A DNA stretch of 39,237 nucleotides from a virus, in the IMG/VR virus record IMGVR_UViG_3300045988_144194, one strand, 5' to 3'. A program made the translations under genes and the position numbers. Below are positions 31,419 to 38,921 of this stretch, one piece after another (position 1 is the first letter of the stretch; the number at the start of each line of letters is the position of its first letter). The notes below the pieces were generated by a model. It did no database searches. It had not been told where the DNA came from and worked only from the letters and a program-made list of their open reading frames with translations.

Positions 31419-31425
31419 TGTCCGT

Positions 31426-31824
31426 ATGAATACGGATAAGCGAGAGCGCACCATCGTTGACGATGTGTCTGCGCAGGCAATAGACAAGATGATTCATCGA
31501 GCCGGTATGAATAATTCCGCAATAGATAGAGCATCTAGAAGCGCTATTGGCTACAACCGTGTTCGAGATATTCGCAAAAAATTAAAAGCTCCCGTTAAAC
31601 TGTCTGAATTCCTCATCATTTGTGATGTATGCAATGCCGACCCGGTGCAGACGTTGCGGGAGATCATCGCCGAAGCACGGCGCATCGAAACGGAGCAGGA
31701 GCGCGAGCGTCGCGTGGAGGAGACGAAGCGTATTCTGGCGGATAACCCGATGGAGCTTGCGGCCTACACCGACCCGGACAAGGAGAAGTACATCGAATAC
31801 GGGAACGGGGATGATCCAGCATGA
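31426..31824 (+). CDS. ImmR/XRE-like phage repressor
   Basis: An HTH region (MNNSAIDRASRSAIGYNRVRDI). Sits immediately upstream of, and overlaps by ATGA, an ImmA/IrrE-type protease gene. Confidence 0.7.
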   Translation: MNTDKRERTIVDDVSAQAIDKMIHRAGMNNSAIDRASRSAIGYNRVRDIRKKLKAPVKLSEFLIICDVCNADPVQTLREIIAEARRIETEQERERRVEETKRILADNPMELAAYTDPDKEKYIEYGNGDDPA

Positions 31825-32234
31825 GACCGTTGCCGTTGAACCTGAGAGACACCTATGGCCATGTGCGCATGGCCGTCTACAGTGCCGGACTCGACGTAGA
31901 GATACGCAGCGCCGACCACCTGCCCAACGGCATGATGGGCTGCTACAGCGAGCGCACTCGCACGATACTCATAGACCGTCGTCTCCCATACGTGGCCAAA
32001 CGATGCACCCTCGTGCATGAGCTGGTCCACTGGTCCCACGGTGATGACCGGTGTGGCCTGCATGAGATGCGCACCCGTGCGGAGACGGCTCGGCTATTGA
32101 TATCGCCAACCGAATACGCGCTGGCCGAACGAATGTACGACGGGAACGTCTGGCGTATCGCAGACGAACTCGAAGTCACATCAGGCATCATCAATGATTA
32201 CAGGACACTGCTGCACGACAGCGTGGCCGCATAG
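31821..32234 (+). CDS. ImmA/IrrE-family zinc metallopeptidase (anti-repressor protease)
   Basis: HEXXH motif (TLVHELVHW) in the context typical of ImmA/IrrE. Paired with an HTH repressor. Confidence 0.8.
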   Translation: MRPLPLNLRDTYGHVRMAVYSAGLDVEIRSADHLPNGMMGCYSERTRTILIDRRLPYVAKRCTLVHELVHWSHGDDRCGLHEMRTRAETARLLISPTEYALAERMYDGNVWRIADELEVTSGIINDYRTLLHDSVAA

Positions 32235-32248
32235 GGTGAAGAGAGCTT

Positions 32249-32977
32249 ATGTTTGGTTTTCTCAAAAACGTGTCGCGTGGACCAGCAGCTAATATGGCGA
32301 ATATTGCCGTTCCGCCCACACCGCAGAACGTGATGACCGGACCCGTTGAGTACAAAGTCTACGTGTACGACAATAGGCCGCTTCTTCGCATCCCTCCCGG
32401 GCACAGGTTCCTCACGGGCATAGTCAGGCAGCGGGCAATACTCACGAGCGTCCTCACCGATACTGAGTACGACACCGCAGACGGCGGATATGCGCTCGCG
32501 TACAATGGGGCGATATTCGGCGTGCTGTCCTCATGGAAGCTCTGCGATTATCTGGACCGCTACGGATTCGTGTACATCGAATGCGTGTGGAACCAGTGGT
32601 ACGACTTCCCGCACCGGTTCCCGCTCGTCGTGGCCCTAGGCCGCGAACTGAAGAATGGGGCTGACATAGGAGCCGTCTTTCATAAAACCGTCAGCAAGCA
32701 TTCTCCCGTAATAGAACGTCTTCTGAATGGCATCCCGGAAGCGACATTGCCGGCCGAAGTCACAGCTCTACCGGTTCCAAAAGGCTCGCAGGCGAAGCCC
32801 CATGTGGCAATCACCGTTGGTGGCGAGACGATATGCGAAATCGGCGCACGCTCGTGGGATTATACGAATCTTGCGTCTCTTGTCGGAATGAGAGGAGGCG
32901 TGAGACTTCAGCGATGGGTATCCCGATATGAGGATGATGACGATGGCTACTATTACGTGATAGATCTCATCAGATAA
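32249..32977 (+). CDS. Unknown 242-aa protein between the immunity genes and the integrase (moron or exclusion candidate)
   Basis: Clean ORF in a lower-GC segment. No recognisable motifs. Confidence 0.55.
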   Translation: MFGFLKNVSRGPAANMANIAVPPTPQNVMTGPVEYKVYVYDNRPLLRIPPGHRFLTGIVRQRAILTSVLTDTEYDTADGGYALAYNGAIFGVLSSWKLCDYLDRYGFVYIECVWNQWYDFPHRFPLVVALGRELKNGADIGAVFHKTVSKHSPVIERLLNGIPEATLPAEVTALPVPKGSQAKPHVAITVGGETICEIGARSWDYTNLASLVGMRGGVRLQRWVSRYEDDDDGYYYVIDLIR

Positions 32978-33102
32978 GAATTTGCCCTGCTGACGGTGCA
33001 ACGTCAGCAGGGCTTGAAGGAACCACCAGACCACCAGAGAAATGGAAAGGAGGACGCTTCGCCTCCCATCCTAGCCGATGGGCGTGGCGAAGCACACCCG
33101 AA

Positions 33103-34236
33103 ATGGCGAACGTCACCAGATACAAGACCAGCAGGGGTGAGACTCGGTATCGAGTACGATACCGCAAGCCGGACGGCACGCAGACCGACAAGAGGGGCTT
33201 CCGCCGCAAGATAGACGCGGAGAACTGGGCGGCGGAGCACGTCACCATCGCCAAGGCCACCAACAGTTATATAGATCCGCAAGCCGGGAAGGCGACGGTG
33301 GAAGCATTGTGGCCGTCATGGATAGCCGCGAAGAAAGTCAAGTGCAAGGTAAGCTACATCGACTCGCTCGAAAGGGAGTGGAATCATCGCGTGGAACCCA
33401 TGTGGGGGAGCCGCGAGCTCGTATCCGTCACACACTCCGAAGTGCAGGAATGGGTGGCCGCGTTGACGGCGGCCGGGTCAAGCGCCACCGTGGTATTGCG
33501 CGCCGAAGGCATCCTATCCGGCCTGTGCAAACAGGCAGTGCGTGACCGGCTCATAGGCTCCAACCCCTGCGACGAGTTGGAGCTGCCGAGGAAGCACCGG
33601 AAGGAGCACCGGTATCTGAGCATGGCCGAACTGCTATGCCTGGCGGAAGCGTCGGGCTGGCGCAAACTCATTGTGCTGGTCCTGGGCTTGACCGGCATAC
33701 GCTGGGGAGAGCTCGTGGGTTTGCAGGTCAGGGACGTTGATTTGCGACGCCGCCGGCTGTGGATACGCAGGAACGCCACCGAGGTGCAACGTGAGATAGT
33801 GGTCAACACTCCTAAGTCGGACAAGTGGCGTCAGGTCGTGTATCCGGCAATGCTGGACGATGACATGCGGGCGTTGTGCGAGGGCCGCAAGCCCGACGAT
33901 ATCCTCTTCGAGGCTCCGGGCGGCGGCTACCTGCGTCGCACGCATGGGCCCAACACGACAAGCTCGTGGTTTTACTGGTCTAAGCGGCGCGCGGGCATCG
34001 AGGGCCAGATGACCGTGCATGATCTGCGGCATACCGCCGCGAGTCTCATGGTCAAAGCCGGCGCGAACGTCAAGGCCGTGCAACGCCAGCTCGGCCACAC
34101 TTCCGCCGCGATGACATTGGACGTGTACGCCGACCTGTTCGACGATGATCTGGACGCGGTGGGCGAGGCCGTGAACGCGATGCTGCTGGAGAATGTGGGC
34201 AAAATGTGGGCAAGGGATGCCGGTGAGGCCGCGTAA
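33103..34236 (+). CDS. int: Tyrosine integrase
   Basis: N-terminal arm-binding/SAM-like region (YRVRYRKPDG..FRRKIDAENW). The catalytic motifs GIRWGEL (R), HDLRHTAAS (H-x-x-R) and LGHTSAAMTLDVY (H...Y) are present. Confidence 0.92.
   Translation: MANVTRYKTSRGETRYRVRYRKPDGTQTDKRGFRRKIDAENWAAEHVTIAKATNSYIDPQAGKATVEALWPSWIAAKKVKCKVSYIDSLEREWNHRVEPMWGSRELVSVTHSEVQEWVAALTAAGSSATVVLRAEGILSGLCKQAVRDRLIGSNPCDELELPRKHRKEHRYLSMAELLCLAEASGWRKLIVLVLGLTGIRWGELVGLQVRDVDLRRRRLWIRRNATEVQREIVVNTPKSDKWRQVVYPAMLDDDMRALCEGRKPDDILFEAPGGGYLRRTHGPNTTSSWFYWSKRRAGIEGQMTVHDLRHTAASLMVKAGANVKAVQRQLGHTSAAMTLDVYADLFDDDLDAVGEAVNAMLLENVGKMWARDAGEAA
34192..34213 (+). repeat. Arm-type site candidate P: 2 x AATGTGGGCAA
   Basis: A 22-bp tandem 11-mer inside the 3' end of int. 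An identical 22-mer recurs at 34402-34423. Confidence 0.6.
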
Positions 34237-34261
34237 TCCAAGCGGGAGTAGGGCTTTCTGG

Positions 34262-34299
34262 TTTGGTTGGCCGGGGTTCAATTCCCCGCGCCTCCACCA
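34262..34299 (+). other. attP core candidate: 3' end of a tRNA/tmRNA-like gene (..CGGGGTTCAATTCCCCGCGCCTCCACCA)
   Basis: T-arm plus acceptor 3' strand plus CCA, with no 5' half upstream. Flanked by the 14-bp direct repeats GCGGGAGTAGGGCT at 34242-34255 and 34333-34346. Confidence 0.65.
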
Positions 34300-34360
34300 A
34301 TCCGCCTCGGCGGAAACAAGCCGCTTTGCCTTGCGGGAGTAGGGCTGAGCGGCTTTTCTT

Positions 34361-34396
34361 ATTCCCACGGTTTCCCTCGTATTCCCTCGGTTTCCC
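34361..34396 (+). repeat. Two 16-bp direct repeats, ATTCCC(A/T)CGGTTTCCC
   Basis: attcccacggtttccc tcgt attccctcggtttccc, located between the core and the P' arm sites. Confidence 0.8.
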
Positions 34397-34401
34397 GGAA
34401 T

Positions 34402-34423
34402 AATGTGGGCAAAATGTGGGCAA
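34402..34423 (+). repeat. Arm-type site candidate P': 2 x AATGTGGGCAA
   Basis: Identical to 34192-34213 and in the same orientation, on the other side of the core. Confidence 0.6.
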
Positions 34424-34429
34424 AAATTG

Positions 34430-34460
34430 AGCCCCGCACCGGATGGTTGCGGGGCTTTTG
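34430..34460 (+). terminator. Hairpin GCCCCGCA..TGCGGGGC plus TTTTG
   Basis: An 8-bp GC-rich stem and a short T run, downstream of int and the att core. Confidence 0.45.
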
Positions 34461-34532
34461 CATTGTCCTCCGAGTGTCAGCAAGGTGGACTGGTCCAGTC
34501 TAGCATTTCGACACGCGCGGTGTATTGCCTAC

Positions 34533-34561
34533 TTGATAATACATCTCAAGCGATGTATTAT
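34533..34561 (+). promoter_or_regulatory. Promoter TTGATA-17-TATTAT overlapped by the 10-bp inverted repeat ATAATACATC/GATGTATTAT
   Basis: Hexamers and spacer were counted directly. The repeat arms at 34536-34545 and 34552-34561 cover both hexamers. GTGTCAGCAAGG direct repeats lie at 34471-34482 and 34564-34575. Confidence 0.55.
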
Positions 34562-34590
34562 AGAGGTGTCAGCAAGGAAAGGACCCCAAA

Positions 34591-35001
34591 ATGGCACTCA
34601 CATACATCACCTACAAGTGCGGACACAGCGACAACGTCCAGATCTACGGCACCAACGTGCACGGCGAACGCGACCGCAAGGCCGCATGGTATGGCACAAT
34701 CGACTGCCCCGACTGTAAAAAGGCCGAAGCCGCCCAATGGTGCGCCGACAACGGCTGCGCCGCCTTGGTCGGCAGCGACAAGCAGGTCGCCTGGGCCGAG
34801 GCCATTCGCCGCGAGGCCATCGCCGGCCTCGAAATCGCCGCCGACATGATTCCCGTCGACGCTCCGGAAGCCGTTCGCCGGCAGGCCAGCGAGGTGATCG
34901 ACGGGGCCAAGGCCGAGACGCGCGCCTCATGGTGGATCGACAACCGCGACAGCGGCAACGTGCGGGGCGCGATCGACTACTACCGCGACGCGCAGTGCTG
35001 A
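34591..35001 (+). CDS. Unknown protein with an N-terminal zinc-ribbon-like motif (moron gene 1)
   Basis: YKCGH..CPDCKK. RBS AAGGAAAGGA. High GC3. Confidence 0.6.
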   Translation: MALTYITYKCGHSDNVQIYGTNVHGERDRKAAWYGTIDCPDCKKAEAAQWCADNGCAALVGSDKQVAWAEAIRREAIAGLEIAADMIPVDAPEAVRRQASEVIDGAKAETRASWWIDNRDSGNVRGAIDYYRDAQC

Positions 35002-35015
35002 TAAAGGAGAGCATA

Positions 35016-35423
35016 ATGGCGGAGATCACATTGAAGGAATATGCGGGGCGGCATGGCAAGGCCCCGGTGTCGGTCAGACAGCTCGCCCAGCGCGGGGGCT
35101 TTCGCACCGCCCACAAGATCGGACGCGACTGGGTGGTCGACGAGCATGAGCCCTATCCCGACGACAGGCGCGTCAAACCGTCCGAGGTCATCAACCGCGA
35201 GGCCATGGGCGGTCTCACGAGGACGGAGCAGAACTCCATCGCCCGGGGCGAGCGGGTACGACGCCTGTCGAAATGGGGGGACAACACCCTCACGTTCGGA
35301 CGACTGTGGGAAAGGCTCACGCCGTCGCTCATTGATACCTGCACGCCCGAACAGCTCGCGCAGATCGTTGACCTGCTGAAGGAGGCATATGATGACGGCG
35401 TGGCGGCGGGTCGCGACGAGTAA
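35016..35423 (+). CDS. HTH (excisionase/MerR-like) DNA-binding protein (moron gene 2)
   Basis: RBS AAAGGAG before the ATG at 35016. ITLKEYAGRHGKAPVSVRQLAQRG is HTH-like. Confidence 0.6.
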   Translation: MAEITLKEYAGRHGKAPVSVRQLAQRGGFRTAHKIGRDWVVDEHEPYPDDRRVKPSEVINREAMGGLTRTEQNSIARGERVRRLSKWGDNTLTFGRLWERLTPSLIDTCTPEQLAQIVDLLKEAYDDGVAAGRDE

Positions 35424-35565
35424 AGGAGTAGAATCATACCGGTCGCTGCCATGCTGATGGGCGCATGGATGGCGGTTCGAAGCCCAATCTTCGACACGGA
35501 TTGAAATTTATTTGCTTTGGTCTATGACAGGATTGAAGTGGTTCAGTCCACGACACGGATTGAAA

Positions 35566-35607
35566 GTGGCGGCGGAGTCTTCGTGATTCCGCCGCCACTG
35601 TTTTTTT
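35566..35607 (+). terminator. Strong intrinsic terminator: 11-bp stem GTGGCGGCGGA/TCCGCCGCCAC plus T7
   Basis: Perfect stem with an 11-nt loop, followed by tgttttttt. Confidence 0.85.
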
Positions 35608-35628
35608 ATCCCCGTAAAACGTAAAATT

Positions 35629-35688
35629 CGGCCCCGTCCGGCCGCAGTCCAGCTCTGTGCGAGCTGCCTGCAATGCCGGGCGGGGCCG
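35629..35688 (-). terminator. Long compound hairpin downstream of the lysis operon
   Basis: 14-nt arms CGGCCCCGTCCGGC / GCCGGGCGGGGCCG (one mismatch) enclose an inner CAGCTC/GAGCTG stem. On the minus strand it is followed by AATTTTACGTTTTAC. Confidence 0.45.
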
Positions 35689-35824
35689 AGTCTTAAAACG
35701 GGTCGTGAATTATTCCATTAGGACTTCGTGGGCGGTAAATTTTTACCGTCGTTTGCAATTTTCAGACCATCCGCAAATTCTCACGCGCTTTTTAACATCC
35801 ACGCGCGATTGTTGCACCCTCTCG

Positions 35825-36136
35825 TCACGCGGCGAGGTCAAGGCGTTGTTTGAGTGCGCTGACGCCGATGAGCGCGCCGGCGAGGATGCCGAGCGCGTTG
35901 AGCGTGGTCACTATCGCGTCCACGTGCGGCCAGCCCCATGCGGGGCCGACCGTGTTGACGAACAGGGCGAGTGCGGGCAGGACGATGAGGCCGAGCCATT
36001 TGAGGATGTCGTAGACGCGGCTGGGGATGAGCCAGTCGGGCACGTCATGGGTGACGTCGGCGGTTTCGGGCCAGTCGCCCGTGTCGGGGCCGGGGAGTGT
36101 TTCGCCGGTGTCGGCCGGGGTTTTGCTGTCGGTCAT
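35825..36136 (-). CDS. Holin-like membrane protein (two TM helices)
   Basis: 103 aa from the ATG at 36136. TM segments LGLIVLPALALFVNTVGPAW and AIVTTLNALGILAGALIGVSAL. Adjacent to the endolysin gene. Confidence 0.6.
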   Translation of the reverse strand: MTDSKTPADTGETLPGPDTGDWPETADVTHDVPDWLIPSRVYDILKWLGLIVLPALALFVNTVGPAWGWPHVDAIVTTLNALGILAGALIGVSALKQRLDLAA

Positions 36137-36198
36137 GTTTTGCTCCGATCGATGATGGGGTGGTGCCGCCGTCGGGGGTGACGGCGGCACCGGTTGGT

Positions 36199-37347
36199 TT
36201 AGCGGCAGGTCACCACGTCGCCCGGGTAGTAGACGTTGATGTTGCCGGAGGGGACGGTGCATTGGCTGACGTTGTAGCCGTGGGATGTGGCGAACTCCCA
36301 TACCGTGTCACCGTACTGGATGGTCTTGGAGACCCCGTTGGACGGCGCGGTTGTGGTGCCGCCGTAGGTGACGACATCGCCCACGTAGTAGCGGTTGATG
36401 TCACCGGAGGGCGTGCGCCATGCGGACAGGGGCCACGCGTTGTAGTCGACCGCGAGTCCCCAGATGGTCTCGCCCCACCGCATGGTGTGGCTGATGCCTC
36501 CAGTGCTGGGAGTGGGCTGGGGAGTGTTCGGCTGCACGGGCGCGGCCGGTGTGGCCGGTGGCGTGGAGCCGCCGGTCGGGTTGGCGTACAGATCCCACTG
36601 CCATGCCTCGCCGCGGAACACGTTGAGGTCGATGGGACTCCACGTGTTGACGACACCGGTGCCGCTGTATTGGCGCATGGCCTCGCCGTACGCGCCTATC
36701 ATCCACGGGTTGGCCTGATAGCCGGTCGGGCTCATGTTGGCGTACTGGGCGATCCACAGGCCGTACCGGTCGCGGATGTCCTGCGGGATGGTGCCGGCGA
36801 CCGGGCCGGTGTACAGCAATGGGCGCACACCGCCGCTCAAGCGTTCGCACTCCGCCATGAATCGGCGTACCCAATCCCAGTTGCCCCATGCGGGGTTGTC
36901 GTCCATCTCCCAGTCGAGCGCCACGATGCCGTGACGCCAATAGTTCGACGTGTTGCGATAGAAGAATTGGGCTTCGGCCTCCGGGGTGCCTCCCATGGCG
37001 TAGTGATACAGGCCGAATTTTTTGCCGGATGCCTGCGCTTGGGCGATCATGCGGTTGGCGTCCGTGTTGACGCCGGACACGAGACAGTTGTTATACACCT
37101 GTCCCGTGCCCCATGTGGTGCCGACCACCACGAAGTCGGCCTGCGTGTTGGCGATGTCGATGCCGCACTGCCAGTTGGACACGTCGATGCCCTGCATGTC
37201 GGCGTGCGCGGTCGCCGGGAGCAGCATCATACAGACGGCGGCGACTAGGGCCGTGATCTTGGCGAGCAGACGCTTCCACCACGGCTTGTCCTTGTTTTTA
37301 ACCAATTTTTCCCCTTTCTCTGAGGTGAATATTGTTTTGTGGCCCAC
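36199..37347 (-). CDS. Endolysin: signal peptide, GH25 muramidase domain and two LysM-like repeats
   Basis: MQGIDVSNWQ..FGLYHY..DWE..DLNVF are GH25 hallmarks. The N-terminal KRLLAKITALVAAVCMMLLPATAHA looks like a Sec signal. Two C-terminal ~45-aa repeats (WGETIWGLA.., YGDTVWEFA..). The start may be the TTG at 37305. Confidence 0.88.
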   Translation of the reverse strand: MGHKTIFTSEKGEKLVKNKDKPWWKRLLAKITALVAAVCMMLLPATAHADMQGIDVSNWQCGIDIANTQADFVVVGTTWGTGQVYNNCLVSGVNTDANRMIAQAQASGKKFGLYHYAMGGTPEAEAQFFYRNTSNYWRHGIVALDWEMDDNPAWGNWDWVRRFMAECERLSGGVRPLLYTGPVAGTIPQDIRDRYGLWIAQYANMSPTGYQANPWMIGAYGEAMRQYSGTGVVNTWSPIDLNVFRGEAWQWDLYANPTGGSTPPATPAAPVQPNTPQPTPSTGGISHTMRWGETIWGLAVDYNAWPLSAWRTPSGDINRYYVGDVVTYGGTTTAPSNGVSKTIQYGDTVWEFATSHGYNVSQCTVPSGNINVYYPGDVVTCR

Positions 37348-37356
37348 GGTCGTGGG

Positions 37357-37662
37357 TCAGGACTGTCGTGGCGCTATCGGCGCGGATTGGATGTCATTGT
37401 TGAGCGATGTCCCGTGGCCGTTGCCGCCCAGGCTGTGATAGCTGTCGTAGAGGCGTTGGGAGCGTGATTTGAGGTCCTCGTCCGCCACTCCGTCGTGCTC
37501 GATGACCATTTCGCGGCGCAGGTCCTCCAACTGGCACAGCAGGAGCTCGCGCAGCCCGTTGACCATGGCTTTGCCCCATCGCCACATCAGGCCCAAAACC
37601 GTGGCCACGCCGCCACAGATAAAAGGCACGAGCCAATCGACGACGTGAGTGAGCAAAGACAT
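37357..37662 (-). CDS. Single-TM holin-like / lysis-associated membrane protein
   Basis: N-terminal TM segment (VVDWLVPFICGGVATVLGLMW). RBS AAAGGAG. First gene of the lysis cassette. Confidence 0.5.
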   Translation of the reverse strand: MSLLTHVVDWLVPFICGGVATVLGLMWRWGKAMVNGLRELLLCQLEDLRREMVIEHDGVADEDLKSRSQRLYDSYHSLGGNGHGTSLNNDIQSAPIAPRQS

Positions 37663-37684
37663 TGGAAAGCTCCTTTACGGTGGG

Positions 37685-37737
37685 GAAAACCCACACGTTC
37701 GTCCCCGTTGGATAGGCCAACGGGCGTGTGGGTTTTC
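37685..37737. promoter_or_regulatory. Nested perfect palindrome (13-bp outer arms, 8-bp inner arms) between the divergent holin-like and recombinase genes
   Basis: GAAAACCCACACG ttcgtc CCCGTTGG atagg CCAACGGG CGTGTGGGTTTTC. It ends at position 37737, which is the c of cGGAGG, so the GGAGG RBS of the recombinase gene (37738-37742) follows immediately. Confidence 0.9.
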
Positions 37738-37748
37738 GGAGGTTGAAA

Positions 37749-38618
37749 ATGCTGTTACGAGAGTTTTGGAACGGCCGGTTTTGGCCGTATTGCACGGCGA
37801 ATCTGCGTGAGTCCACGTGTGTCGGCTATGAGTCGGCGTGGCGGTTGCACGTGGCCCCGAGGTTCGGCGCAATGCAGATGGAATCGATAAGCGTTGAATT
37901 GGTGGACAAGTGGCTCGCCGGTTTCGCCAGTTCGGGCGCGGCGCGCAAGGCGTGGGCCGTGCTCAGGGCCATATTGAGGCGGGCGATCCGCTGGAATCTG
38001 CTGGACGTGGATATCACGAGGCGTGATATCCGACTGCCGGCCAAGCCGCATTACGAGCCGGTGATATTGGGCATCCGTCAGCAGCGATCGCTGTTGCAGG
38101 GCTTTTACGACCATCCGCTTGAGGCGTGGCTTATCTGCGCCGTCTCATGCGGCCTGCGCACCGAAGAGGGGTACGGTTTGGAGTGGAGTGACATTGATCT
38201 GCGCGCAGGCGTCCTGCATATCGAGCGCGGTTTGCAATGGGTGAGCGGCCATGAGGTCGTCGTGCCGCCGAAGACCGAATTGAGCCGTCGCACGCTCCCG
38301 TTGCCGCGCTTCGCGGTCAAACGGTTGCGCGAGCTCAAGCCGCGCGAGGGAGGGCGACTCATCGGTGCGCTCACCCCGCCACAGGTGGCACGCCAGTACA
38401 AGGGCTGGTGCAAGCGGTATAGCCTGCCGCATGTGCCCGCACGCAACCTGCGCCACTCGTGGGCGACGAACACGTTGGCGGCGGGAGCGGATATCGCCAT
38501 CGTGTCGAAAATGCTCGGCCACAGCGATATCAAAACCACCGCGAAGTACTACCTCAAACCGGATATCACGGCTTTGCGAGACGCGCAACGCCTCTGGGAA
38601 CGAGCCCTAATAGCCTGA
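37749..38618 (+). CDS. Tyrosine site-specific recombinase (shufflon/Rin-type invertase candidate)
   Basis: GLRTEE (Arg), NLRHSWAT (H-x-x-R) and LGHSDIKTTAKYY (His...Tyr nucleophile). Smaller than int and lacks the arm-binding N-terminal domain. Its stop lies 2 nt from the 15-bp site at 38621. Confidence 0.9.
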   Translation: MLLREFWNGRFWPYCTANLRESTCVGYESAWRLHVAPRFGAMQMESISVELVDKWLAGFASSGAARKAWAVLRAILRRAIRWNLLDVDITRRDIRLPAKPHYEPVILGIRQQRSLLQGFYDHPLEAWLICAVSCGLRTEEGYGLEWSDIDLRAGVLHIERGLQWVSGHEVVVPPKTELSRRTLPLPRFAVKRLRELKPREGGRLIGALTPPQVARQYKGWCKRYSLPHVPARNLRHSWATNTLAAGADIAIVSKMLGHSDIKTTAKYYLKPDITALRDAQRLWERALIA

Positions 38619-38620
38619 AC

Positions 38621-38635
38621 GGGATTCCCTAACCC
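38621..38635. repeat. Recombination-site candidate R1, GGGATTCCCTAACCC
   Basis: Inverted copy of the 15-mer at 603-617. Confidence 0.75.
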
Positions 38636-38907
38636 CGTTGCATCTCTACACGGGTAGCAGCGTGCTCTATGATGCTGGCTCAGGCGGTTATGCGACCCTA
38701 TGGACGTTCAGCCAGTTCCGGCAACAGTTCGGCCGTAATTGGGGCGATGACGTTTGCATTTCCGCCATGAACGGGGACTGGGACGCGAACGGCCGTCAAG
38801 TCACCTCGGTGCGTGTCACGAGAAGCGGAAACCGTATCGATGTCATGTTCGACGGTAAAAACACGGCACCTATCCGCGTCAACTGGGCCGTCATGTGGCG
38901 CGGATAG
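38623..38907 (+). other. Promoterless copy of tail-fibre cassette A (DSLTPLHLYTG...AVMWRG*)
   Basis: Identical to the last 94 codons of 331-1104. No constant N-terminal part and no RBS. It starts at the site. Confidence 0.75.
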
Positions 38908-38921
38908 GGATTCCCTAACCC
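38907..38921. repeat. Recombination-site candidate R2, GGGATTCCCTAACCC
   Basis: Inverted copy of 317-331. It overlaps the cassette A stop codon. Confidence 0.7.

Noticed and set aside
34262-34299. An attL/attR pair, which would indicate an integrated prophage with host flanks in the window.
   Set aside because: I saw only one copy of the core (ggttcaattccccgcgcctccacca) on reading through the window. Phage genes lie on both sides of it, and no host-like genes were recognised.
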